A stretch of 64,000 nucleotides of DNA from Rebecca billardiae RCC1528 (lineage: Eukaryota > Protista > Haptophyta), in contig OZ251235.1 of assembly GCA_965240325.2 (NCBI GenBank), positions 1 to 64,000 of the forward strand, read 5' to 3'. This document shows, piece by piece, positions 21,622 to 33,651 of this stretch. Below the pieces are notes generated by a model. That model worked only from the letters and a program-made list of their open reading frames with translations, was not told the origin of the DNA and did not search any database. The stretch's first letter is position 1; each line of letters begins with the position of its first letter. The position numbers were made by a program, and so were the translations under genes.

Positions 21622-24351
21622 ATGATGGATGACGACGGCGCCGAGCCGGCGCGCCGGCGGCGCGCGTCGTACCACGGGGTGCCGAGCGGCAGCGCGGCGG
21701 CCGCCGCGGCGGCGCTCTCGCGCGGCTCGCCCCCCGCCGCGCGCCGCGCGCGCCGCGCCTCGGTGGGCGTCGTGGACGCGTCTCGCATCTCGGTGATGGC
21801 GGGCTCAGACATGGCCGCGCTCGCGAGCAGGTGGCAGCGCGCCGCCTCGTGCGCGGTGGCGGCCGCGCCCGCCGCCGCGGGCGGCGGCGGCGCGCGGCGG
21901 TTCTCCGCCGTCTCCGACGTCGCGGCTGCCGCCGCCGCGCGCGCCGCCTCCGACCGCTTCCACTTTGAGCGCGTGGGCGCGGACGGCGTCGTCGCGGCAG
22001 ACCCGACGTACCGGCTGCGCGGCTCGCGGCGGGAGATGGAGGCGGAGCTCGAGGCGCGGCGCGCGCTGCTCGACTCGCCGGCGGTGGCGCACGCGCTGCT
22101 GCGCTTCTGGCGCACCGCGGGCCTGCCCGACGACGGCGCCATGCACGCCGAGCAGTACGCGGCCGTGTACGGCGCGATCGCGCGCGCGCTCGGCTCGACG
22201 CCGCCGGGCGCGCCCGTCAGCGCGGCGCTCGAGCTCGCGCGCGCCGACTGGGCGGGCGACATGGCCGGGCGCGACGCGTCGGCCGGCATGCCCGCCGCCG
22301 TCTTCTGCGCCGGCCTCTTCGAGCTCGCCGACGTGTGGGTGGAGGGCTGCGCCGAGGCCGAGTACGTGACCTTCCTCGGACGGCTCTTCCGGCGCGTGAC
22401 ACACGCGCAGCACCCGGGCGCGGCGCTGCTCGCGCACGGCGCGAGGGAGACGGCGGAGGCGCTCGCGCGCGCGCCGCGCGCGTTCCGCCCGCTCGAGGAC
22501 GTCGCGTCCGACGCCGAGCTCGACGCGCTCGACGCCGCGCGCGGCGGGTGCGCGGGCGAGGGCGAGGGCGCACTGGGCGCGCTGTTGGCAGAGCTGCGCT
22601 GCGCGACCGCGCGCCTGCGCACCGCGCTCGGCCGCACGCCGCTGGGCGCGGGGTCGGCGGAGGTGAGCGCCGAGCGCGCCGACGCGGAGATCGCCGCGCT
22701 GCGCTCCGCCCTCGCCGCCGCCCTCGCCGCGGGCGCGCCGCCCCGCTGCCGCGAGGTGCAGGCCGCGCTCGAGGCGCTGCTCGACGGCAGCGCCGCGCAG
22801 GCGGTGCGCGAGGCGCTGGCCGCGGCCGAGGCGGAGGAGGAGGCGGGGGGGCCGAGCGCAGAGGGCGCGCTGGACGCGCTGGACGGCGCGCTCGGCCTGC
22901 TGCACGCCGTGGGCCTGCGCGTGACGGACGCGGAGCACAGCCGCGCCGACCTCGCGCGCCACGGCCGCGGCCCGCTCCGCCGCCCCTCCGTCTTCCTGCC
23001 CGCGGACACGGCGGCGACCATCGACCGACGCACGGCCGCGTTTGGGTCCGGGGGCGGGGGCGGCCGCCGCTTCGAGGGCATCGCCGTCATTCCCGGGCTG
23101 CGCGCGTTCGAGAGCGGCGGGGCGCGCCCGGTCAGCGCGGCGCGGCGCTCCGAGGCGGGCGCCGCGCTCGGCGTGAGCCGCGGCAGCAGCGGCAGCGTCG
23201 GCAGCGGCAGCGCGGACGCGGACAGCGGCGGCGGCTCGGCGCACGCGCGCCGCCAGCAGCCGCAGCAGCAGCAGCCGCCGCGCTCGCCGCTCGCGCGCCG
23301 CGCCGCGCCGCTCGACGCGTCGCCCGCACACCCACGCGCGCCGCGCGCGACGAGCGCCGCCGCGCGTGCGCGCTCGCCGCCCGAGCGGGTGCGCGCCGCG
23401 CTGCCCCAGCCGACGCCCGCGCTGCCGCTGCCGCCCGCGCTCGGCCGGCCAGGCTCGGCTGCAGGCTCGGCTGCAGGCTCGGGCTCGGGCTCGGCGGCGG
23501 AGGCGCGCGCGGCCGCGCGCGAGGCGGTGGCGGCCGAGCGCTCGCCGCGCGCGCCGACGCCCGCCGACGGCGCCGCCGACGCGGCGCGGCCCTCCGGCGC
23601 CGCGTGTGCGTCGCTCCTGCTGCGCCTCGAGCCGTCAGACCAAGGGTCAGACCAAGGGTCGGACGGAGCACGCCCCGCCCCGTGCGCCGCGCGCGCGCAC
23701 GGCTCGACCGGCTGGGGCGTGGCGCTGCACGAGACGGCCATGGAGGGCGCGCTCCCCAGGCACAGGCCGCGCAGGCGCACCTTCGAGCTGGGCGGGCTCG
23801 GCCGGCCCGGCACGGCGGGCGGCGGGCTGCGCGAGGTCGCGCTCGACGTGCCGCCCGCGCACCCCGCGCCGCGCGCCCCGCCGGCCGCGCCGCTGGGCGC
23901 CGGCTGCGCGGGCGCGCGGCAGCGGCGCCACTCGTCCACGCTCGCAGAGGGGCCGGCGCTGCGCGGCCACGCGCTCGAGCACGGCGCCGCGCCCGCGCAC
24001 CCGCGCGGCGCGGCGCAGCAGCCCGCGCCCGAGCCCGGCGCCGAGCCGTTCGCGCCGTTCGCGCCCTCGGCGCTCTCCGTGCGCGCGGCCGCGCACGCGC
24101 GCGCGCAGCAGCAGCAGCAGCAGCGCGCCACGGGCGGCGGGGCGTCGCCGCCGGGAGGCGGTCGGCGCGGCAGCCACTCGCTCTCGCCGCCGGCCGCGCT
24201 GCGCGCCGCGCAGCAGCGCGCCGCGCAGCACGCCCTGCTGCTCGGCGGCAGCGCGGCCGGCGTGGCGCCGCAGCCGCACCCGCTGCAGGGCGCGCTCGGC
24301 GCTGCCAGGCCGGCAGCACCGGGCGGCGTCGCGGGCGGCGGCGCCGTCTGA
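21622..24351 (+). CDS. Hypothetical protein with a conserved EF-hand-like protist domain and low-complexity C-terminus
   Basis: Long ORF with coding-like codon usage. The segment LRFW...YAAVYGAIARAL...ADWAGD...GLFELADVW...EYVTFLGRLF resembles an uncharacterised domain recalled from protist proteins. Confidence 0.65.
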   Translation: MMDDDGAEPARRRRASYHGVPSGSAAAAAAALSRGSPPAARRARRASVGVVDASRISVMAGSDMAALASRWQRAASCAVAAAPAAAGGGGARRFSAVSDVAAAAAARAASDRFHFERVGADGVVAADPTYRLRGSRREMEAELEARRALLDSPAVAHALLRFWRTAGLPDDGAMHAEQYAAVYGAIARALGSTPPGAPVSAALELARADWAGDMAGRDASAGMPAAVFCAGLFELADVWVEGCAEAEYVTFLGRLFRRVTHAQHPGAALLAHGARETAEALARAPRAFRPLEDVASDAELDALDAARGGCAGEGEGALGALLAELRCATARLRTALGRTPLGAGSAEVSAERADAEIAALRSALAAALAAGAPPRCREVQAALEALLDGSAAQAVREALAAAEAEEEAGGPSAEGALDALDGALGLLHAVGLRVTDAEHSRADLARHGRGPLRRPSVFLPADTAATIDRRTAAFGSGGGGGRRFEGIAVIPGLRAFESGGARPVSAARRSEAGAALGVSRGSSGSVGSGSADADSGGGSAHARRQQPQQQQPPRSPLARRAAPLDASPAHPRAPRATSAAARARSPPERVRAALPQPTPALPLPPALGRPGSAAGSAAGSGSGSAAEARAAAREAVAAERSPRAPTPADGAADAARPSGAACASLLLRLEPSDQGSDQGSDGARPAPCAARAHGSTGWGVALHETAMEGALPRHRPRRRTFELGGLGRPGTAGGGLREVALDVPPAHPAPRAPPAAPLGAGCAGARQRRHSSTLAEGPALRGHALEHGAAPAHPRGAAQQPAPEPGAEPFAPFAPSALSVRAAAHARAQQQQQQRATGGGASPPGGGRRGSHSLSPPAALRAAQQRAAQHALLLGGSAAGVAPQPHPLQGALGAARPAAPGGVAGGGAV

Positions 24352-24694
24352 GCCGCGCGGCGGCGGCTGCTACGAACTAGCGCGTCGGGGGCTCGTCGTT
24401 ATCGACATCATCTGACATTTACTGCTGACGACGATGCGACCAGCGACACTACTGCGTGCGCTGCCGCCTGATGATATATATATCATCATCAGCACTCGTC
24501 GTAACCGTCACATCCGTCATCGTCGTACTCGTAGGCGTAGCGGGCGGGCCTACCGGCACCGCGTAGCCGCGCGTGGCCGGAGTGCATCAGCGCCAAGTGC
24601 AGCGCATCGCATACGCGCGCGTTGATGACGAGTTGACGCGATGGTGATGACGTGATGACACGCGTAGCAGTGTCACGTGACGGGCCACCGGCCG

Positions 24695-26968
24695 TCAGCT
24701 CATCAGCAGCTCGTGCTGCCGCTCAAAGTCCTCCGCGGCGCCTGGCGGGCGCGCCGTCGGCGGCGTCGCGCCGAGCTGCGCCCAGCGGCGCTCGCCCCGC
24801 TTGGGCGGCGGCGTGACGCGCCCCGGGCTCAGCCCCTGTGCCGCTGCGTCCTCACACCAGTCCTCGCAGCACGCGCCCCCCGAGTACGCCGCGGCGATCA
24901 CGGCCGCCTGCATCGCCGCCCAGCTCGAGCCCAGCGCGGCGCTCAGCTGCGCGCCCGCGATGCTCTCGCGCGAGCTGCGCGGCGACGCGCTGCGCGCGCG
25001 CGCGGCCGCGCAGCCGACGCGCTCGCCCTCCGCCGCCGCCTCGGCCACCGCCTCCGGCAGCAGCAGCGCGCCGCCCGCCGGCTCCGCGCCCTCGGGCCCG
25101 TCGCCCGCCTCGCGCGCCGCCCTGAGCGCGCGCTGGAGCGTGGCGAGCCGCTCGTGCGGGAAGGTGGTCGCGCCGAGCAGCTCGGCCAGGTCCTCGTCCG
25201 CCAGCTCCTGGTCCACGGCCCCGGCCTGGCACGCGCGCGCACCCTCGCACGCGCGCGCACCCTCGCACGCGCGCGCACCGCGCGCCGGCTCGGGCGTGGG
25301 CGGCCGCGCGACGCCGCGCTGCCCGTGCGGGTGGCGGGCGCGCCCCCGCCTGCCCTCCGTCTGCGTGTGGTGCGTGTGCTGCGTGCGCTCCGTCTGCGTG
25401 CCGGAGGAGACGGAGGACGGCGAGCCGCCCAGCGCGGGCAGCGCGGGCAGCGCGGGCAGCGCGAGATCGGCGGCGGGCTCGGCCGCGCGCGCGGCCACCG
25501 GCGCGTCCTCCGCGCGGGCGGGCGCGGCCTCTGCACCGCGCCGCGGCGCGCGGCGCGGCGCGTGCGGCGCCTCGGCCGCGCGCATCGAGCCCAGCACCGT
25601 GGACGCGCGCGAGAGCGTCGTGCACGTCGTGCACGTCGTGTGCGCACTGTGCGCGCTCGACGATGCGGAGATCCGGCCCTCCGACTCGCGCTGCGCCCTG
25701 GGCGTGCACAGCGCGCCCGGCGCGGCCGCCTGCCCCTGGTGCGGCCACGGCACCACCAGCGCGTCGGCCTCGCCCGCGCCCGCACACCCCGCGCCCCCCT
25801 CCGCGGCCGCAGCCTCCGCGGCCGCAGCCTCCGCGGCCGCCTCTGCGCGCGCGGCCGAGGCGAGTGCCGTGCGCACCAGCGCCGGGAGCGCCTGCGGGTC
25901 GGCGCCTTCGGGCACCACGACCACCACCTTGGGGCGCGCGCCCGCCGCCGGCGCCGTCGGCGGGGGCGGCGCCGAGCGCGCCGCTGCCACCGGCGGGCGT
26001 GGCGCGGGCGGCGGTGCGCCGGCCGCGGCCGCGGCGCATGCGTCCCACAGCCGCGCGCGCGAGGCGACAGAGCCTTGCACAGAGCCTTGCACAGAGCCTT
26101 GCACAGGGCCGCACACAGAGCCTTGCACAGAGCCTTGCACAGAGCCTTGCACAGGGCCGCACACAGAGCCTTGCACAGAGCCTTGCACAGAGCCTTGCAC
26201 AGAGCCTTGCACAGAGCCTTGCACAGGGCCTTGCACAGGGCCGCACACAGAGCCGCGCGCGCGGGTGGCGGGCGCGGCGGCGGGCGGCGAGGGCGAGGTG
26301 GGCGCGGTGGGCGGCTGGCTGTGCGGCTCCGCCTCGTCGGGCGCGCCCGCCGCCGCCGGAGCTGCCACCGCCGACGCCGCCGCCCCGTCCGCCGCGGCGG
26401 CGCGCGCGCACTCTTTCCAGGAGCGCAGCGCCCGCCGCTGCGTGTGCGCGGCCGCCGCCTCGATCAGCCGCTCGGCGCGCGGGCCGAAGGCGGCGGCGGC
26501 GTGCTCGGTGGTCTCGAGCTCGCGCAGCTCAAAGAACTCGGCGACGGCGCCGCGCACCCGCGCGTCCGCGCCCGCGCCGCCCGCCTCGCGCGCCGCGCCG
26601 AGCGCCGCGACCGCAAAGAGGCGCAGAGGGCCCACGCGCTCCGCGGCCACAAACCGACGGTCGGCGAGGCACCAGCGCTTGGGCGGCAGCGGCGGCAGGG
26701 CGGCGCCGGCGCCGAGGCGCGTGAGCGTGTCACGCAGCGCGACGAACTCCGAGTACCGCTTCTCGATCGCCCGGCTCCACGCGCCGCTCGCGCTCGCGAC
26801 CGCGCAGCGGTAGAGGACGGGGCCGCCGCTCGGCGCCGCGCGGAAGCCGCTGAGCACGACGGAGGGGGCGGGCGGCGGGGGCGGCGGGGGCGCCGCCGGC
26901 GCAGCCGCCGCTTCGCTCGCAGGCGAAGCGGTGCGCCATGAACGCTCTGGCGGGTCGTACAGCCGCAT
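24695..26968 (-). CDS. PX (phox homology) domain protein
   Basis: VLYRCAV...WSRAIEKRYSEFVALRDTL...LPPLPPKRW...FVAAER...VAEFFEL is a PX consensus. Confidence 0.8.
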   Translation of the reverse strand: MRLYDPPERSWRTASPASEAAAAPAAPPPPPPPAPSVVLSGFRAAPSGGPVLYRCAVASASGAWSRAIEKRYSEFVALRDTLTRLGAGAALPPLPPKRWCLADRRFVAAERVGPLRLFAVAALGAAREAGGAGADARVRGAVAEFFELRELETTEHAAAAFGPRAERLIEAAAAHTQRRALRSWKECARAAAADGAAASAVAAPAAAGAPDEAEPHSQPPTAPTSPSPPAAAPATRARGSVCGPVQGPVQGSVQGSVQGSVQGSVQGSVCGPVQGSVQGSVQGSVCGPVQGSVQGSVQGSVASRARLWDACAAAAAGAPPPAPRPPVAAARSAPPPPTAPAAGARPKVVVVVPEGADPQALPALVRTALASAARAEAAAEAAAAEAAAAEGGAGCAGAGEADALVVPWPHQGQAAAPGALCTPRAQRESEGRISASSSAHSAHTTCTTCTTLSRASTVLGSMRAAEAPHAPRRAPRRGAEAAPARAEDAPVAARAAEPAADLALPALPALPALGGSPSSVSSGTQTERTQHTHHTQTEGRRGRARHPHGQRGVARPPTPEPARGARACEGARACEGARACQAGAVDQELADEDLAELLGATTFPHERLATLQRALRAAREAGDGPEGAEPAGGALLLPEAVAEAAAEGERVGCAAARARSASPRSSRESIAGAQLSAALGSSWAAMQAAVIAAAYSGGACCEDWCEDAAAQGLSPGRVTPPPKRGERRWAQLGATPPTARPPGAAEDFERQHELLMS
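26067..26253. repeat. 12-bp coding minisatellite (GCACAGAGCCTT)n, encoding (SVQG)n in the PX protein
   Basis: About 15 tandem units, with GCACAGGGCCGC variants. Confidence 0.9.
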
Positions 26969-27461
26969 GCGCCTCGCGCCCGCGGCAGGCCGGGCCGGGC
27001 CGGGAATGAGCACCCCGATGCGGCCCTGCTGCCCAGCGCGGCACCGGCCCTGCCGATACTTCGTGCTTCGTCATTCATCGAACGCGGGCGGGACTTCCCT
27101 TGCAGCTCTTTCCGACAGGACGGTGCCGTCACGTGGCCTCGGGGGCGCCTGATAAGAGAAATGCATGGTCTCATAGTAACCGTGTTCAGACTGCAGTCCG
27201 GCAGGTCCAGTGGCTGACATTGCAGTGTGAGTGAGTGACTGGCCGGTCTCCCGACAGTGCCGCCGCGCCATGGCAACGTCGTACAGCCTGCCAATTCAGG
27301 CACGCGCGGTGCGCGCGCAAGTGGGGCGTATACATGGAGCCTGCTGGCATATCGTCGTCATGAGGCTGAGCGCGAGCTCCCTGGCTGCCTGCGCGGCCCC
27401 AGTCCCCACCCCCTGCCGGCTGCCAGGCGCGGGGTCGTCGTTGAGTCGGGCTATGAGGCGA

Positions 27462-28287
27462 TCACAGCTTGAACGCGCCCTTCGCGCCCAGCGCGAGGAA
27501 CGCGGTGCAGAAGAACCAGCGCAGCGCCTCCTGCGGCGCGAGCACGGCGAGCTGCGCGCCGACGAACGCGCCCACCGCCGTGCCGCCGAGCAGCCCCGGC
27601 AGCACGCGCGTGGCCACGTTGCCCATCCGCCAGTGCGTGTGCGCGCCGAGCGCGGACGGCAGCACCATCGACGCGAGCGTCGTGCCCAGCACCGCCTGGT
27701 GCGGCAGCTCGGTGAGCACGGCGAGGGCGGGCGTGACGATCGAGCCGCCGCCCACGCCGAACATGCCCGACAGCGCGCCGGAGAGCACGCCCACGCCCGC
27801 GCACTGCAGCAGCGTGCCCAGCGGCTGCCCGCCCACCGCCGCGGCCGCGGCGCCGTCGCCGCCGCCCTCCGCGCCGCCCTCCGCGCCCTCGGGCGCGCCG
27901 CGTCGGCCGAGCGCGACGATGTGCTCCTTGAGCGGCACGAGCGGCGCGACGGCCATCATGAAGAAGCCCATCGCCCGCTTCAGCGTCGCCCCGCTCAGCG
28001 AGCTCGTCGCGCGCGCGCCCGCGACCGCCGAGAGCGACGCGGTCGCGGCGACCGCGGCCGCGGCCATCCAGTCCACCTTGCCGCTCGACGCAAACGACGC
28101 GCAGCCGCCGATGCCGGTGCTCACGACGGCGACGAGGCTCGTGCCGTGCGCCGCGTGCTGCGAGAGCCCCGCCGCCGACGTGAGCAGCGGCACCATCACC
28201 ACGCCGCCCCCGAGCCCGACGAGCGAGCCAAACACGCCCGCGGCGAGGCCGATCGCGCCGCTGGTCGCAAACGTGGCGGCGGCCGAG

Positions 28288-28318
<31 letters not shown>

Positions 28319-28430
28319 GCGAGGGCGCCGGCGAAGAGCGCGCCGCGCCGCTGCACAGCGGTCGCCGTCTCGCCACGAGGCACACGCCGCCGCCGAGGGC
28401 GCGCGCGCGCGACGGCAGCAGGCGGAGCAT
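27462..28430 (-). CDS. TauE/SafE (DUF81) sulfite exporter-family membrane protein with mitochondrial-type presequence
   Basis: Duplicated motifs GSLVGLGGGVVMVP...AHGTSL and SGMFGVGGGSIVTP...LGTTL. Arg-rich, acid-free N-terminus MLRLLPSRARALG. Confidence 0.9.
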
Positions 28431-28726
28431 CGATCGAATCGTCGCGCGCGTTGTCGTTGGCGGCCGCTGCGGCCGCCGCCGCTGCGCACAGCAAGTTCTT
28501 CGCTTCTCCGGCCGATTTCGTCCGGCTCAGTGCCGAAAAGGCGCGGGGACAACATTTCCATTTCTGCATTTCGTCCGCTGTGTGCCTCACAGTTGTTCAC
28601 GCGTCGGTCGATCAGTCCACGATGGCGGGCGGCGCGGCCTCGCACAAAGCTGCCGTCACATCGAGCGTCGCCCGCTCGCCGCCGCGCCGCATGCAGCGCG
28701 CCCGCGCGCGCCTCGCGCCTCGGCGC

Positions 28727-28872
28727 GCTCAGCTCGCGCTCGGCGGCGCGAGCGCGGCGCGCGTGGCGCCCACGGCCTTGCGGACGTCGCGCGGCAGCCC
28801 GCCGCCGCCCGCCACGTCGCCGCCGGGCATCGCGCCCACGCCGTGCGCCGCGTAGTGCGCGAGGTGGCGGTA
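28727..28872 (-). CDS. 3' end of an unidentified ORF next to the assembly gap
   Basis: A codon-biased open frame YRHLAHYAAHGVGAMPGG...APPSAS* runs from the gap edge. It may or may not belong to the GYF gene. Confidence 0.35.
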
Positions 28873-29072
28873 NNNNNNNNNNNNNNNNNNNNNNNNNNNN
28901 NNNNNNNNNNNNNNNNNNNNNNNNNNNNNNNNNNNNNNNNNNNNNNNNNNNNNNNNNNNNNNNNNNNNNNNNNNNNNNNNNNNNNNNNNNNNNNNNNNNN
29001 NNNNNNNNNNNNNNNNNNNNNNNNNNNNNNNNNNNNNNNNNNNNNNNNNNNNNNNNNNNNNNNNNNNNNNNN
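28873..29072. other. Assembly gap (200 N)
   Basis: Run of N. Confidence 1.
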
Positions 29073-29544
29073 ACCTCGTGCTCGTCGTGCAGCGAGTAGA
29101 GGAACTGCGCGAGCGTCGTGTCGGCGACGCCCGAGAGGGGCGGCAGCGCGCGCGCGCACCAGCGCGCGAGGTCCGGTGGCAGCGCGCCGAGCGAGCCGTC
29201 CTCCGCGCCCGGCTCCACGCCGGCGGCGGCGGCGTTGACGCTGGTGCAGCTCGACGAGGCGCTGGGCCCCGCGCTCTGCTGCTGCGCCTGCTGCGCCGAG
29301 GAGGCTGACGGTGCCGGGTGCGGCTGCTTGCCGCCGCCGCCCTCGCCGCCGCCGCCAGCCTTGGCCGCGGCGCGCGAGGCCGACTGCGACGCAGCCCCGC
29401 CCTTGGCGGCGGCCCCGCGCGCCTGCTGCGCCTGCGCCTGCGCCTGCGCCTGCGCCTGCTGCGTCTTCGCGGCCGCCTGCTGCGCCACCTTGAGCCACGA
29501 CTCCGCGGAGGGCGCCACGTCGGTGGACGCCGAGTAGTCGTACA

Positions 29545-29639
<95 letters not shown>

Positions 29640-31284
29640 GCGGGCGGCCCGTCCTCAGCGGGGGCGGGCTTGGCGGAGCCGTCGTCGGACTTGCCGTTGG
29701 CTCCGGCGGCGCGCGCGGGCGGCGCGCCCGCGCTCGTGCCCCCGGACACCTGGCTGCCCCAGCAGGTCGAGCGCACTGTCGCCCCGGCGTGTCGAGCGGC
29801 GACGACCTCTGAGAGCTGCTGCTGCGCGCGCGCGCGCGCGTCCGCTTCGCGCGCTGACGCCTGCCGCGCCTCCTCCGCCATCACCGCCGCGAGCGGCGGT
29901 GCGGACGACGCGGCCGCGGCCGCCGGACGGCCCCAGCCTGCTGCGCGCGCACATCCGCGGCGGCGGCAGGGCGGGCGGGGCGGGCTCAGCGGCGGCGAGG
30001 CTCGCGCGCACGGCGCGTGCCGCGCGCTGCGCGCGGTGGGCGCGCGCGCGCACCCTCTCCGCGCCGAGCGGCGGGCGAGTCGTGCGCGCCGCCCGCAGCG
30101 GCGGCGGCGGCGCTCTTGTCCCGCGCGGCCGCGGCCGCCTGCTCGCGCGCCACGCGCGCCTCCTCCTCCTGGATCTGAGGCAGTCCGCCGGCGGTCCGGG
30201 GCAGTCCGGGGGGCGCGGTGCGGGGAGCGCGCGCGCGTGCGTGCGTGCTGAGCGCAGCCTCGGGCGCGGCGCGGCCAGCGGGCGTGGCGCGCGCGCGCGC
30301 AGGCGCCACCCGGCGCGCGGCACGGCGCGCGGGCGCGCGGCACGCCTCGCACCTGCCGGAGCGACTTTGGCTGCTCGGCAGAGGCGGCGCTGGCAGCCTG
30401 GCTGTCTGCCCACCCAGCCGCGGGCGCGGAGCCAGCGCCGCGGCCCGCGGAGCGCGCCGCGCCGAGCGGCTGCGCGGCGGCGCCGGGCGCGCGCGCGGCC
30501 CCGCGGCTGCGCACGCGCGCCGCGGCGGCGCGCGGGGCGGCCGCGCCGTCAGCACGGGCGGCGCGCGCGCACGGCTCCGCGCGGCGCGCGCGCACGCGCG
30601 CGCACGCGCGGCGCGCGCATCGGCGCGCGCCGCGCCGCGCGTGCGCGCGTGCGCGCGCACCCGTGCGGCTGCGGCTGCGCGGCCGCTCCGTCCGAGTACG
30701 CGGCTGCGGCCGCCGCCGAGTGCGGCTGCTGCTCGTGCGCGCCCGCACCGCCGTTGGGCGTGGGCTCGGCCCGAGGCGGCGAGAGCGCGCCGGAGCCGTC
30801 GTCCTCGCCGCCCGCCGCGCCGCGCGCCTTGCGCCCGCCGCGCTTGCTCCGCGCCTTCCGACGAGCCTTCTCGCCCGCGCCCGCGCCGTCCGCGTCGGCC
30901 TCCGCCTCGGCCGCGGCGTCGTCGGCTGCGGCGTCGTCGGCCGCGCCGGCGCCGTCAGCGTCCGCCGCGCCGTCGGCGCGCGCCGCGTGCTCTGCTGCGC
31001 TGCCGTCCTGCGAGCCGAGCGCGCCCGCTGCCGCCGCCGCCACCGCTGCCGCCTCCGCCGCGCGGCTCGGCGGCAGCGGCGCGCTCGGCGGCCCTCCCTC
31101 GTCCACGTTGGGGCCGCCCAACGCGCCCGCGCCCGGCCCAGCCTGCGGCCGCAGCGGCGGCGAGGGCGCGACCAGCTCCTCGGAGAGGAGGGCGAGCAGG
31201 CCGTCGGCGTCCGTGTCGACCGCGCCCACCAGCCCGGCGCCCGGGTGCGCGCGGCCGTGCGCGAGCGGCGCGGCGGCGTGCATC

Positions 31285-31322
<38 letters not shown>

Positions 31323-33324
31323 CCACGTGCCAGCCGCGCTCGCCCCGTGACCGTGCGCGTGGCAGCCGCAGCCGCCGTGCGCCGCGTGCTGCGGAGGCGC
31401 GTGCGCGCCCATCACCGGCTGCTGCGGCGGCGACTGCGGCTGCGAGTGTGCCGGCTGCTGCTGCGGCTGCGGCTGCTGCGGCTGCTGCTGCTGCTGCTGC
31501 GCCGCCTGCCGCCGCACCGCCTGGATGTGCCGCACGACGTGCTCGATGCGCTCGCCCAGCGCACGCGCGCGCACGGCGAGGCCCTGCGCGAGCGCGGCGC
31601 CGTCCGGGCCGGCCGCGGTGGCCATGCTCTCCAGCCGGCCGGAGAGCAGCTGCACGCACAGCGAGTGCACGTGCGCGAGCTCCTCGGGCAGACGCGCGTC
31701 GTGCGCCTTCTCCGGCACGCGCGCGAGCTCCGCGGTGGCCGCATGCACGCGCGCCTCCATCGTGGCGAGCGTCGCCGCCGTGTCTGAGAGCGTGGCCATG
31801 GCCGCAGCCTGCTGCGAGCTGGCAGCGCTGCTCGCCGGCGGCGGCGCGCTCCCGGGCGGCACCGACGTCGGTGGCTGCTGGGGCGGCGGCTGCTGCGGCG
31901 GCGCCCCGCCGTGGGCGTAGCTGCCCGAAGCGTCCGCGCCGCCCATGCCGTGCGACGCCCACGCCGACGCTGCGGCCGCGTGCGGCGCGTGCTGCGCGTG
32001 CGGCTGCAGGTGCGGCGACGTGGGCATCCCGTAGGCCTGCGGCTGCGGCTGCGGCAGCGGCTGCGAGTGTGCCGGCTGCTGCGGCTGCGGCTGCGGCTGC
32101 TGCGGCTGCTGCTGAGGATGCACCTGCTGCATCGGCTGCGGCTGCGGCTGCGGCTGCGGCTGCGGCTGCGGTGCCGGCTGCACCTGCGGCTGCACCTGCG
32201 GCGAGCTCGGCGCGGCGGCCGCGGCGGCCGGCGCAAACGCTGGGCGGCCGCCGTGCGCGGCGATGTGCTCGTGCAGCGGCGCGTACGGCGCGTGCGGCTC
32301 GCCCTCCGCGCGGATGGGCAGGTCATCCGGCAGGAAGCCCGCGTCCCACCACGCGTGCATCTGCGCGCTCGAGTACGGGCCCTGCTCCTGCCCCGACGGG
32401 TCCCGGTATTGCCAGTGCGTCGGGGCGGGCTTTGGCCGAGGCGCGAGGCCGGGCGGAGGCGCGCTGGCAAGGGGCGCGGCGTCGGGGGCGGCCGGCGTGG
32501 GGTACCCACCGCCGCCCGCGCCGCCGACGTGCGCGTACGCGCCGCCATGCACGCCGCCGCCACCGCCACCGCCGCCGGCCGCACCCGTCGATGAGGGCGG
32601 CCCCCACCGCGTGGCGTCCGCGCGCGCGTCCGCGCCCGCGCCACCCCAGCGGCGCGGCGCGCCGCCGGCGGAGGGCGCCTCGGCGAAGGTGCCGCCGCGG
32701 CAGTACGGCCGATACCCGCCTCCGCCGCCCTCGGGCGCGCCCGGCGGACCACGGCCCGACAGCGCACCCGGGAAGTACTTGGGCCCGCCGGCAGAGCCCG
32801 CGCCCGCGCCGCGGCCCCCGTAGCCGCGGCCCGCGCCAAACGGGGCGCCCTTGGCCTCGCGCGCGGCGACAGGAGGGTGGATGCCCTCCTGCCGCAGCTG
32901 CTGCTCCGCCTCGGACAACTCCGTCAGCGAGATGGGCGCGATCGCCTCCTCTGACGTGACGGGCAGCGCCTGCGCGCGCGCCGGCGCGGCGGGCGACGGC
33001 CGCGCGGCGCGCAGGGCGCGTCGGAGATCGCGTGCAGCGTGCACGCGCCGGCACGCGGCCAGGTCGGCCGCTCGTCCGACGCGGCGCGCCACGCGCGCAG
33101 CGCGCGGCGCTGTCCCGAGCCCACGCGCGGCCGCGCGCGGCGTGTGCGCGGCACACCTCCTCGATGGGCGAGGGCGCGCTGCCGTAACCGCCCTGTGCGT
33201 AAATCTCGAGCATGCGCTGCTTGGTGTAGACGCGCGCGTTGGGGCCGGCGTCGGCATCCTCCACGGGCGCGGGGGACGGCGGCTCGTCGCTCAGCGTCGC
33301 GAATACGTTCGAACGCAATGACAT
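29073..33324 (-). CDS. GIGYF-like GYF-domain protein, multi-exon, 3' end runs into the gap
   Basis: Exon 1 (33157-33324) has a 4EHP-binding-like motif VYTKQRMLEIY; intron at 32970-33156. GYF domain WQYRDPSGQEQGPYSSAQMHAWWDAGFLPDDLPI. Q-rich linkers and C-terminal LARWC...LAQFLYSL. The later intron boundaries are not resolved. Confidence 0.8.
29545..29639. repeat. (CTG)n microsatellite encoding polyQ in the GYF protein
   Basis: About 31 uninterrupted CTG triplets. Confidence 0.95.
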
Positions 33325-33651
33325 CGGGTCACACACGGGGCTTTGCGCTGGGGGGCCGCGGGCGGCTCTTTCGTGAGTGGCCGCCACGGAGCGAGCGCGG
33401 CCAAGGCCGCCCGCCCACTCGCCGCCAAAGCCAACTGGAGCTAACGCAGACAGCAGCTGAGAGTCTGAATGAATAGGCCGCGCGAGCTCCCGGACTGCCT
33501 CGTCTATTCAACTGTGACTGCCAACTGACACGAGCACTTCTTTGATCTTTGTCATATCGTCATCAGGGGGTTCCTGAGTTCAGACATGGCGGCGGAAGAA
33601 GCGTCGCGACTGATCTAGGAAGCCAGGCTTTGAGAGCGAGCCTTCTGAAGC

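Noticed and set aside
19725-24131. 1468-aa antisense ORF and similar long Arg/Ala-rich overlapping ORFs across 10-34 kb
   Set aside because: These are shadow frames caused by extreme GC content. The opposite or alternative frame carries the recognisable domains.
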